This document shows, one piece after another, positions 45,153 to 54,407 of a stretch of 64,000 nucleotides of DNA. The notes under the pieces were generated by a model. The model saw only the letters and a list, made by a program, of their open reading frames with translations. It was not told where the DNA came from and searched no databases. The position numbers were made by a program, and so were the translations under genes. Source of the stretch: a virus. The stretch lies in IMG/VR virus record IMGVR_UViG_3300024319_000003, positions 32,001-96,000 of that record, one strand, 5' to 3'. How positions within the stretch are numbered: position 1 is the first letter of the stretch; each line of letters opens with the position of its first letter.

Positions 45153-45832
45153 TGAAACAAAGTACAGTAAGAGATATAGTTAAAGAGTCATTAAGAGATT
45201 GGTTTAAAAAAGAAAAATGGGTAAGAATATCATCTTCTGGTAACATAGCAGGAGACTGTGGTACTTCAAAGAATAAAAAAAATCCGGATAGGTGCTTGCC
45301 GAAATCAAAAGCACAGAGTTTAACAAAAGGCCAAAGAGCCGCTACTGCAGCAAAGAAAAAGAAAGCAGGAAGTAAAGGAAAGACAGTCGTGAAGAATACA
45401 AAAAAAGCAAAGGTAACAAAAGAAGATTTAACAAACCTAGTAGTAGGGATGGTAAACGAAATAAAAAACCCTCAAAACTTAATTAGCTTTGGATACGATT
45501 TAGACGCTATTGAGGACGTTGTTAACCACTTAAGAAGTAAATACAAACCTGGCGTAGATTATGAACTCCATATAGGAAGAGGAGACGATTTACCTAACGC
45601 TGTAACTATTTTGAATCCAAAACTTCATAGTGATTACGATTTGAACGATATGTTAAATTATGCACAAAGCGATGAAGATAGATACGATGCTTATACTGAC
45701 GGTAATTTAAACGAGAAGAAAGACGATAGATGTACTAGATTAGCAAAACAGAAATACGACACATGGCCATCAGCTTATGCCTCAGGAGCAGTGGTAAGAT
45801 GTAGACGAGGGGATATATGGAAAGAGAAATAA
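45152..45832 (+). CDS. three-module basic protein (DUF5872-like parts), putative head cargo
   Basis: LRDWF..EKWV...CG...CLP; WPSAYASGAVVRCR; modules after VKE, VNE, LNE. Confidence 0.6.
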   Translation: MKQSTVRDIVKESLRDWFKKEKWVRISSSGNIAGDCGTSKNKKNPDRCLPKSKAQSLTKGQRAATAAKKKKAGSKGKTVVKNTKKAKVTKEDLTNLVVGMVNEIKNPQNLISFGYDLDAIEDVVNHLRSKYKPGVDYELHIGRGDDLPNAVTILNPKLHSDYDLNDMLNYAQSDEDRYDAYTDGNLNEKKDDRCTRLAKQKYDTWPSAYASGAVVRCRRGDIWKEK

Positions 45833-45845
45833 CAGTAATATTAAA

Positions 45846-46043
45846 ATGGCACCAAAACTAAAACCAAGTTCTAAAGAATATAAAAAAGACCGTAACGGTA
45901 GAATGACCAGCAAATGGGAATGGAAGCACTATACAGTTGCAAGTACATCAACAAAGGAGCTGTTAAAGCATCTCGATAGCCCTTCTATGAAGAGAAAAAG
46001 AAAAGTAATTAGTTTGGAACTTAAAAAAAGAAATGCAATATAA
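45846..46043 (+). CDS. small basic protein
   Basis: Lys/Arg-rich ORF. Confidence 0.65.
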   Translation: MAPKLKPSSKEYKKDRNGRMTSKWEWKHYTVASTSTKELLKHLDSPSMKRKRKVISLELKKRNAI

Positions 46044-46048
46044 CTAAC

Positions 46049-46249
46049 ATGAATAGGAACGATTTAAAAGATGTAATACTTGAGGTGCTATATGAAGGTC
46101 CACACGATCCGGTAAAACCGGGTATATTAAAAAAGAGGATTGGAAAACTATCTTGTTCAAAAGTACGTAAAGAAAAAAGTAAATTAAAAGATAAAGGAAC
46201 ACATTTTGCAAAAGCATTACAGAGGTACTTAAACTACCACTGTCAGTAA
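46049..46249 (+). CDS. small basic protein, putative head cargo
   Basis: MNRNDLKDVILEVLYE leader. Confidence 0.6.
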   Translation: MNRNDLKDVILEVLYEGPHDPVKPGILKKRIGKLSCSKVRKEKSKLKDKGTHFAKALQRYLNYHCQ

Positions 46250-46277
46250 TACAGAGATTTAATAAAAAGAATCTATT

Positions 46278-46285
46278 TATTTATA
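46278..46285 (+). promoter_or_regulatory. putative late promoter
   Basis: TATTTATTTATA upstream of 46312. Confidence 0.6.
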
Positions 46286-46311
46286 TAGCTATAAAATTAA
46301 AAAACATTAAC

Positions 46312-48507
46312 ATGACCTATAAAGAGCTTAAAAAACGCTTAATTAAGGTAGAAACTGCTTTAAAAGATTTGAATACAAACACAGATTTAAAGCACTCCAC
46401 TACATTTGTTAAGGAAACAACAGTTAAACTCACAACCCTTAAAGAATCCATTCTTAATAAACTCTCACTACTAAAAGAAGAAGATGGAACAGTCCGCACA
46501 GATGATGAAAGAAAAGCAGAGAAGCTTACTAAACAGGGAGTTAATGTAGACTTAGTAGATAAAATAGAAGAAAACGAAGAGAACAATGTAAACTTCTCAG
46601 TTGACGATATGAGAAGTATGATAACTCAAGTAGGTAGATCACTAACTAAATGTCTAAAAACACTAGGAGATGAAGTTGCAAGAATTAAAGCACATCGTTT
46701 AGAAGAAAATTCATTTGATATACATGTTACATATAAAGGTGAACAAGGAGAAGATGAATTTGCATTTCATATTCAAAACGGTAATCTTCATTTAGCTGAT
46801 TTTTCTTTTAACAAAAAATTAGTTGATATAGGAGTGAAACCATCCGGTGAAGCATTTATAAATCAAGATGTATTAAAAAACGAACTTATTAAACACTTTA
46901 AATCAGTTGCATCGGTAAATGAAACTAAAAATATACTAAAAGAATTTACAGACCACAGCTTTAAAGGATCAGAAGTAATAGATGATGCTAACGAAAGAGG
47001 GCCTGATATGTTCGGTAAAGGTGTATTTGCTGACTTACTTCCTAAAGGAGTAGCAAGTGAAAATGCTGCCGTAGAAGCTTTAAAAGCTCATGATAAGAGT
47101 CCTATTAAAGCTAGAATGGGAAGGTATGCACCAATGTTTGTACACGTTCAGTATCATAATTTAGAGCACGAAGGTGAAAAATACCAAATGCATCAAACAC
47201 AGTACTATAACAGTAACTTTAAAGACAAAGATCCTAACTTTAACCCTGGAGTATCTAAAATTACTTTATTTAAAGACCCAGATGGAGAAGATACTAATCT
47301 AGGTACTATAATTGTTAAGACAGATGAGTACGTTCAAGATCTTAGAAATTTACCTGGATTAGGTAAAAGAGTTAGTGAAAATTTAAACGAATTAGATGCT
47401 GATAACTCAAAAGCTTTAGTAAAGAAAGCAGTAGCAGATATTAATGGAGCAATGTTTAAGTTTAGACATTCAAATCCATTAAAGATGATCGCTGCTAAAG
47501 ATAAAGACTTAAAGGTTAAATTAGATTCAATGCATAATGCTATATTTGACTTAGAAAAAGTATTAAAAGCTAAAGATTTATTCGAAGCTACTAGAAAGGA
47601 CTTAGGAATAGGTTCATCAGTATCTAAACGTAGAGCTAAAGCAGAGCTAAAGAAACCTGGAAATGATGGTTCTAAAGTATACGGATTAGATAAAGACGGT
47701 AAGAGGGTTCATATTAAAAGCATTAATGACGTAGATAAATTTAAGAAGTTTGAATTAGATGCTGATATAGCTGAAGGTAGTATGTTAAAGGAATTTGTAG
47801 GCAAAGAATTAGAAGATAGAAACGAACCTTTATATGATGCATTAGTAGCAGGGCAAGGTAAATCAGAAACAGTAGAAGGTGAAATGCTACGAGCTATAAA
47901 TAGAATAGCTTACCGTTTCTACAATGATGGAGATAAATACTTTCAAGGGTATGGGACAGAAACTGCAGGACCTGCCCACTCATTTTTAGTTAATGCCAAT
48001 CATCCTTTAAAATCAGCAATGATTAAAGTATTAGATGAACCCTCTGGAGATAGTTCTTATGAAAGAATGCTCAAAGATGCTTTAGATATGATTTTAGATT
48101 ATATTGAATCTAGACAAGGTAAATATACTCCTAATAACGTAGGTGATATATTTGATTATGAACCTGAATTTGAAGATGATGAAGATGATTACGATGATGA
48201 TCCTTGGGGATATAATGACGAAGAAGAAGAAGATTACTACAATGAAGTAAAAGGAAAGAAACTAAAAGAGTCTACAGACCTTTATCAAGATTCTTATTTT
48301 ACATTCACAAGATATGCAGGAGGCAAAGTAAACGGACCTAGCTTACAGATTACAGTGCCGAAATTAAATGGCAGTGGTTTTGACTATATACAAATCCCCG
48401 GAAGAGAAGTAAAGAGATTTGCACAAGGTGCAGTAAAATCTGCAATGGAATTCAAAGATATAAACTACCAGGGCATAGACGACAATAAAAATAATACTAG
48501 CAAATAA
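46312..48507 (+). CDS. mosaic polyprotein, putative head-internal
   Basis: Unrelated 50-150 aa blocks separated by LKE/VNE/LNE/LFE/IAE. Confidence 0.6.
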   Translation: MTYKELKKRLIKVETALKDLNTNTDLKHSTTFVKETTVKLTTLKESILNKLSLLKEEDGTVRTDDERKAEKLTKQGVNVDLVDKIEENEENNVNFSVDDMRSMITQVGRSLTKCLKTLGDEVARIKAHRLEENSFDIHVTYKGEQGEDEFAFHIQNGNLHLADFSFNKKLVDIGVKPSGEAFINQDVLKNELIKHFKSVASVNETKNILKEFTDHSFKGSEVIDDANERGPDMFGKGVFADLLPKGVASENAAVEALKAHDKSPIKARMGRYAPMFVHVQYHNLEHEGEKYQMHQTQYYNSNFKDKDPNFNPGVSKITLFKDPDGEDTNLGTIIVKTDEYVQDLRNLPGLGKRVSENLNELDADNSKALVKKAVADINGAMFKFRHSNPLKMIAAKDKDLKVKLDSMHNAIFDLEKVLKAKDLFEATRKDLGIGSSVSKRRAKAELKKPGNDGSKVYGLDKDGKRVHIKSINDVDKFKKFELDADIAEGSMLKEFVGKELEDRNEPLYDALVAGQGKSETVEGEMLRAINRIAYRFYNDGDKYFQGYGTETAGPAHSFLVNANHPLKSAMIKVLDEPSGDSSYERMLKDALDMILDYIESRQGKYTPNNVGDIFDYEPEFEDDEDDYDDDPWGYNDEEEEDYYNEVKGKKLKESTDLYQDSYFTFTRYAGGKVNGPSLQITVPKLNGSGFDYIQIPGREVKRFAQGAVKSAMEFKDINYQGIDDNKNNTSK

Positions 48508-48510
48508 GAT

Positions 48511-50979
48511 ATGCATAAATTAGAAAAACTAATACTAGAAAGCTATGCTGAAGTTTTAAGAGAGGACAAAAAAGTGCTTCGCTTAGACGACTTAACTCCT
48601 GTAATGAGGAAAGCACTAGAAAAGAGATACGGTAAATCGGTAGATCCTGAACAGGATTTTGTTAGTGCAAACTTAGAGACATACTACTTTACTCATAAAA
48701 TTAATAAAGAAACAAACTCGGTTGATCACAAAGTATATGATCTCCCTTCTTTTCAAAGCCTATATTTCGGATACTCAGATATAATAGATGATGTAAGACA
48801 GTTAATGAACAGTGCCGATGTTAGAAGTGATAAAGCTGCAAGAGAGTTATTTGAACTGATCAAATCTAATTTTAGACAGATACAAAAATACCTCAGAACA
48901 GAAAGACCAGATCAATATGAACTTATGAAATCAACTAGGTCTTTAGAGGAGAACATATCAGCTCTAAAGGAATATAGGTTATCAATAGGGAGTAAAGAGG
49001 TAGCTAGAATAAATAAAGTAGGCCTAGACCCCGAAGACTGGACAGTAACTTTTGTAGACGGTACAGAAGAACCTTACATGAACCACTTAAGAGAAGTAAC
49101 TGATATGAATGACCCGGTTATGGTAAAGATAAGGCAAGCTAAGATGCATTCAGATAAAATGAAAAAATTAGATGCTTATTCAAAATCCCCTGAAGGTAGA
49201 GCTGCTGTAAGAACACAAGCTAGTGCAGAAAGAAAAGAACAAAAAGCTAGAGAGATAGTTCGTAAGTTAAAAATCAAAAGAGCACAAGTAGAAAGAGAAA
49301 TGGAAAACGATCCAGGTACCGAACCTCAAGGTGGTCCAGTATCAGATATGTACGGAGATCAATTAAATAAAATTGACAATGCTATTGAAAAAGCAGCAGG
49401 CATATACAATAAGAGAATGACCTACGACCAAGCAGTTGGTAAAGTTACTGAGATATTTGCTGATAGTACGTTTATTGATAAGCATAGAGATAGCGTAGTT
49501 GCTCATATAGAAGAGTTACTAGATGATATGGGAACATCAGAAGTTGCAATGGAATACCTTGGATGGTCTGAGGAAGAAGCAGAAGATGCTGACCACACTG
49601 TAAGAGCAGATGCAGCTAATAAGATTGCTAACGATCCAGCATTAGCTTCAGAGTTCCTAGATAAAGACGATATTGAAAAGATAAAAGCAGCTAACCTAAG
49701 TGAAGGTGAAGGAGATGATCATCACTACATTAAAGTAAAATTACACGATTATAAGAAAGCTATGGCTATCTTAGATCAAAACGTAGATCCAACTTATGTT
49801 AAGATGGAGGTTGTTGACAATGACGGAAACGGTAATGTTATTATCTACTTTATATTTAAACATGAAGCCGGTTTCGACGACATGTATGATGACTCAGAAA
49901 ACCCAGATTCAGAATTTTATCAAGAACCAGACGAAGATCCACAAGCATTCGTTTACGATGTAGTAATGGACTTAGGAGCTAACGATATAACTGTAGTAGA
50001 TTCTTCCACAGAGATGGATGAAATATTAAAGGAAGAAGAAAACAGCGACTCAGGAAAGCTAAATAAAATACAAACTTTTGGAGACCTACAGAAATTTATA
50101 AAACTTACTAAAACTAAAATAGTAGCAAAAAAAGTAGGTGGAGCACTAGATGCAGCAATAGGTTTTATACCTGGGATAGGAAACGTAAAAACAGGTATAG
50201 ATGTTATTAGAGCTTTAGCTAAAAAACAAGATGGTAAAACAACCAATACGTTTTTGGATAAAATGGATGTTGATGATAAAGCATCTGCAATAGTAGACGA
50301 TAAAGTTGAAGCTAACTTTATTAACTACATGCATAAAAGAATAGAAGATCAAGATGCTAATACAAAGTTACCTAGTAACTTTAATATGAACAGTTACTTT
50401 AATGACTTCTTATCAGCTGAATACGATAAGAGAACTATTGACGGAATCAATGAAGAGATAGGATCAGAAACAATTTTAGAAGATGCTACGGATATAATGT
50501 TAGAAAAATTTCCTACACTAAAAGCAGTGTTAATAAGACTTCAAACAGAAGACTTTAAAGAATTTGTTAACAAGATTGATTGGATATCACCGAGACCAAC
50601 GGAATTTAGAATTAACTTAACCAATGGACAGGATTACATTTTGAAGTGGACAGGTAAAGGCTTTGAAGCTCAGATACTGGGTAAAAGATACTTCTTAAAT
50701 AAGATAAATGAATTTCAACAAGCATTGGATAAGTTAGCAATTTTATATAAGGAAGGTCCAATGGGAGAACCAGAAGAACCAGCAGAACCAGCCCCAGAAA
50801 CAGATAGTGGATCATCAAGCGGAAGTGGCGGAGATTTTCCTGGAGAAGAAGGAGGAGGAGATTCCGGAGAAGATACCCCAGATGGAGATGATACAGCAGA
50901 TGCAGGAGAAGAAGAAGGAGCTGATTTAACAGATGAACCTGTTGATTTTGAAGAACCAGCAGAAGAACCAGAAGCATAA
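48511..50979 (+). CDS. mosaic polyprotein with acidic tail, putative head-internal
   Basis: Leader MHKLEKLILE; internal LRE/LKE/VTE/LSE/INE/ILE boundaries. Confidence 0.6.
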   Translation: MHKLEKLILESYAEVLREDKKVLRLDDLTPVMRKALEKRYGKSVDPEQDFVSANLETYYFTHKINKETNSVDHKVYDLPSFQSLYFGYSDIIDDVRQLMNSADVRSDKAARELFELIKSNFRQIQKYLRTERPDQYELMKSTRSLEENISALKEYRLSIGSKEVARINKVGLDPEDWTVTFVDGTEEPYMNHLREVTDMNDPVMVKIRQAKMHSDKMKKLDAYSKSPEGRAAVRTQASAERKEQKAREIVRKLKIKRAQVEREMENDPGTEPQGGPVSDMYGDQLNKIDNAIEKAAGIYNKRMTYDQAVGKVTEIFADSTFIDKHRDSVVAHIEELLDDMGTSEVAMEYLGWSEEEAEDADHTVRADAANKIANDPALASEFLDKDDIEKIKAANLSEGEGDDHHYIKVKLHDYKKAMAILDQNVDPTYVKMEVVDNDGNGNVIIYFIFKHEAGFDDMYDDSENPDSEFYQEPDEDPQAFVYDVVMDLGANDITVVDSSTEMDEILKEEENSDSGKLNKIQTFGDLQKFIKLTKTKIVAKKVGGALDAAIGFIPGIGNVKTGIDVIRALAKKQDGKTTNTFLDKMDVDDKASAIVDDKVEANFINYMHKRIEDQDANTKLPSNFNMNSYFNDFLSAEYDKRTIDGINEEIGSETILEDATDIMLEKFPTLKAVLIRLQTEDFKEFVNKIDWISPRPTEFRINLTNGQDYILKWTGKGFEAQILGKRYFLNKINEFQQALDKLAILYKEGPMGEPEEPAEPAPETDSGSSSGSGGDFPGEEGGGDSGEDTPDGDDTADAGEEEGADLTDEPVDFEEPAEEPEA

Positions 50980-51008
50980 TAAAAAAATAAAAAAATAAAA
51001 CAAATACA

Positions 51009-51371
51009 ATGGACAATTTTGACTTAAGAAAATTTTTAGCTGAAAATAAAAAAACAGTTATTGAAAACCAAGATCATAGTGATGAAGAAGCGTTAGATCT
51101 AGTACCGGACCTTGATAAAGGAGGTAAAAATTATAGCGATAACGGGTACGAATCTTACAAACTGCAAGTTAAAGCAGGCTACCAGATCCCTGAACCTTAC
51201 TCACTGAAGAACTATAAAAATGCTGCCGAGTTAAATAAAGAACAAGCTAAAGACGAAGGACATAGAATAGGTAAATACGTTGTTGAACTTGAAGGTCAAG
51301 AATTAGAACAATTTGTTAACGACTGGATGAAAGCTTGGAATGAAGAAATCTCAGGAGGAGAAAAAGCATAG
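51009..51371 (+). CDS. hypothetical protein, putative head cargo
   Basis: Leader MDNFDLRKFLAE...VIE. Confidence 0.6.
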   Translation: MDNFDLRKFLAENKKTVIENQDHSDEEALDLVPDLDKGGKNYSDNGYESYKLQVKAGYQIPEPYSLKNYKNAAELNKEQAKDEGHRIGKYVVELEGQELEQFVNDWMKAWNEEISGGEKA

Positions 51372-51390
51372 TAATAGTAACTAGCATAGA

Positions 51391-52791
51391 ATGAATCTTA
51401 TAGATAAAGTTTTATTAGAATGGTCCTATAAGACCAAAAAAGGGTATCCTGACATTAACAGTCAAGAGGATATGGATTTGTTTGAATCTATATTCGGTTT
51501 TAACCTTAATGAAACACCTCTTACACCAGCTGAATTAGATAAAGTAAATTCTAATACAAAAGAAAATAGAATTGATATACTAATAAGAAAAATTAAGAAC
51601 AAAGAACCTCTAGCTATAGATGATTCAGAAGATACTTTTTTAGTATATGATCCAAGAGGTGAAAAAGTAAGTGAATTAGAAAAATGGGATGTATCTAAAA
51701 AGGCAGTGACTCTTTTTAACAGAGAAGGAAATTCTATTACAACATCTAAATTAGCAAAATCAGCAGATTTTGGAGGTGGAGCAGGATCTGGAGCAGGATC
51801 AGCACAAACAGATATACAAGAATCAAGTATGTGTGCAGTTTTAGCTTTATACCAGAAACAAGGCAAATTAGAAGAGAAAGATCTTACCTCAGAAAATATA
51901 AAAAGTATTTCCAAAGATATAGAGACTACATCAAGCGTAGAGGAAATAGTAGATTATATTACTAATTCTCCCGGCTGGGCTTCTACATTTGTTAACACAG
52001 CTTCTTTATTATCTGGCTATTTAGATAAAGGGTACGAATTCCATCGAGGTTCATCATTTGTAGATTCTATATACGAAGTGTGGAAAAAAATAAAGAAAAA
52101 AAATAAATGGAGTATCAAAGATGATAAATGGAATCCATCGGATATTTGGGCAGTAAAACCAACAGGAAAAAATATTAAATTAGATAGTGAAACATTAGAA
52201 GAATATAACAACCAACTGTTAGATTTATTCAATAGTAGAACTTTAATAGGTATTTCGCTAAAGAAACTTGGTAAATCTCCAACTGTAAAAACAGTAAATA
52301 AAGAAAGAGTTTCAGAAATAGAAGTTTTAGATAGTATAATTTCTTCAGGCGGTTCTAAAGATGCTTATGTAAACACTAAATCAGGAAAAATATTACAACT
52401 TAGAACAACCGGTGGTAATTCGTTTCAAGGAGAATTGAAAGGTAAAACTGCCGCTCAAGGAAAAATAGGTGGAGGTGTACTCAAAACGTTTTTAGATAAA
52501 CAAGGATTAGGACCTATACCAACTCAGAAAGAATCTGCTAAGTTAGCTATAGAGTACACACCCTCATTTGTTAACGAATTACTCGAATTATGTAATGAAT
52601 ACTTCAGTATAACTGAAGAAGAATTAAATTCAAAAACTACTGATTGGTTAAATTCAAAGTACCAAGCATTAAAAGTAGCAAAGGTTTTAAAAACAGGTAG
52701 CAAGGATAAAGTAGAAGCAGCATTAACAGACATAGTAAATTATGCTGGTTCAAGAAGCTCTATTTCTGCTGTGTACCTAAAAGTAATGTAG
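51391..52791 (+). CDS. putative PD-(D/E)XK-like nuclease, putative head cargo
   Basis: QES..C, KWNPSDIW, LIGISLKK; leader ending LNE. Confidence 0.55.
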   Translation: MNLIDKVLLEWSYKTKKGYPDINSQEDMDLFESIFGFNLNETPLTPAELDKVNSNTKENRIDILIRKIKNKEPLAIDDSEDTFLVYDPRGEKVSELEKWDVSKKAVTLFNREGNSITTSKLAKSADFGGGAGSGAGSAQTDIQESSMCAVLALYQKQGKLEEKDLTSENIKSISKDIETTSSVEEIVDYITNSPGWASTFVNTASLLSGYLDKGYEFHRGSSFVDSIYEVWKKIKKKNKWSIKDDKWNPSDIWAVKPTGKNIKLDSETLEEYNNQLLDLFNSRTLIGISLKKLGKSPTVKTVNKERVSEIEVLDSIISSGGSKDAYVNTKSGKILQLRTTGGNSFQGELKGKTAAQGKIGGGVLKTFLDKQGLGPIPTQKESAKLAIEYTPSFVNELLELCNEYFSITEEELNSKTTDWLNSKYQALKVAKVLKTGSKDKVEAALTDIVNYAGSRSSISAVYLKVM

Positions 52792-52793
52792 TT

Positions 52794-54365
52794 ATGGCAA
52801 AAGACATAAAAAAAATAATAGCACAAGAGTATATCAAGTGTGCTAAAGATCCAGCATACTTTATGCGGAAATATTGTTATATACAGCACCCTACTAGAGG
52901 ACGTATCTTATTTAACCTATACCCATTTCAGGACAAAGTATTACATTTATTTAGAGATCATCAATACTTAATTACTCTTAAGTCTAGACAGTTAGGTATA
53001 TCTACCCTAGCAGCAGGTTACTCTCTGTGGCTTATGTTATTTCATAAAGATAAGAACGTACTTGCTCTAGCAACAACTCAAGCTACTGCAAGAAACTTAG
53101 TTTCTAAAACTATGTTTATGTATGATCAATTGCCAAAATGGTTGAAGCTACCTGCTTTAGAGAAAAATAAACTATCTTTAAGACTGAAGAATGGATCAAA
53201 AATTACAGCTAAATCTTCTAACGCCGATGCTGCAAGGTCAGAGGCAGTATCACTACTGCTTATCGATGAGGCAGCCTTTATTGACAACATTCAAGAAACG
53301 TTTACAGCAGCACAACAAACCTTAGCAACAGGTGGACAGTGTATGGCATTATCAACTCCTAACGGAATAGGTAACTGGTTTCATCAAACATGGGATAAAG
53401 CTGAATCAGGAGAAAACAGTTTTGTACCTATTAGACTACCTTGGACAGTTCACCCTGAAAGGAATGAGGAGTGGAGAATACAGCAAGATGCAGATCTAGG
53501 AGCAAGAATGGCAGGACAGGAATGTGATTGTGATTTCTTGGCATCTGGGGATACAGTATTTGAACCTGATGATATGTTATTTTACGAACAAACATACCAA
53601 AAAGATCCACTGGAAAAAAGAGGAGTCGACGGTAATTTATGGATATGGGAAGGAGTAGATTACTCTAAAACCTATATGGTAGTAGCAGATGTTGCGAGAG
53701 GAGACTCTGCAGATTATTCTGCATTTCATATATTTGATATTGAAAACTGTGTACAAGTAGGAGAATATAAAGGTAAACTTTCACCTAAAGATTACGGAAA
53801 CGTACTAGTAGGTATAGCATCAGAATTCAACGATGCTCTATTAGTAGTAGAAAACGCTAACATAGGTTGGGCTACAATAGAACAGATACTAGAAAGAGAA
53901 TATAAAAACCTATACTACAGCTCTAAATCACAAATGGAAACAGTAGAGTCCTACATGACTAAGTACGAAAGAGATAAACTAGTACCCGGGTTTACAATGT
54001 CGGTAAGAACTAGACCATTAGTAATAGCTAAGATGATTGAATACATCAGAGAAAAAGGAGTTACAATACAGTCTAAAAGGTTAATAGGTGAGATGAGAGT
54101 CTTTGTATGGAAAAATGGTAAACCACAAGCACAAATTAATTACAATGATGACTTACTTATAGCATGTGCTACAGCACTTTATGTAAGAGATACAGCACTA
54201 AGGTTAAGACAGCAAGGAATGGATCTAGCCAGAGCTCAACTATCATCATTCCAAAATTTAAACGCTCAAAACAAAGGAGTCATGAGATCAGTTGGAAACC
54301 AGCAAAATAATCCGTATATTGTAGATAATGGCTATGGACCCGAAGATATTTCTTGGTTACTTTAA
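52794..54365 (+). CDS. terL: terminase large subunit (gp17-like)
   Basis: LYPFQ, LKSRQLGIST, LLIDEAAF, STPNG, VADVARG, DDLL. Confidence 0.95.
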   Translation: MAKDIKKIIAQEYIKCAKDPAYFMRKYCYIQHPTRGRILFNLYPFQDKVLHLFRDHQYLITLKSRQLGISTLAAGYSLWLMLFHKDKNVLALATTQATARNLVSKTMFMYDQLPKWLKLPALEKNKLSLRLKNGSKITAKSSNADAARSEAVSLLLIDEAAFIDNIQETFTAAQQTLATGGQCMALSTPNGIGNWFHQTWDKAESGENSFVPIRLPWTVHPERNEEWRIQQDADLGARMAGQECDCDFLASGDTVFEPDDMLFYEQTYQKDPLEKRGVDGNLWIWEGVDYSKTYMVVADVARGDSADYSAFHIFDIENCVQVGEYKGKLSPKDYGNVLVGIASEFNDALLVVENANIGWATIEQILEREYKNLYYSSKSQMETVESYMTKYERDKLVPGFTMSVRTRPLVIAKMIEYIREKGVTIQSKRLIGEMRVFVWKNGKPQAQINYNDDLLIACATALYVRDTALRLRQQGMDLARAQLSSFQNLNAQNKGVMRSVGNQQNNPYIVDNGYGPEDISWLL

Positions 54366-54371
54366 ACGAGC

Positions 54372-54379
54372 TATTTATA
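54372..54379 (+). promoter_or_regulatory. putative late promoter
   Basis: Intergenic TATTTATA before portal. Confidence 0.65.
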
Positions 54380-54407
54380 ATATAGATACTAATAAAACAG
54401 AGCATTA

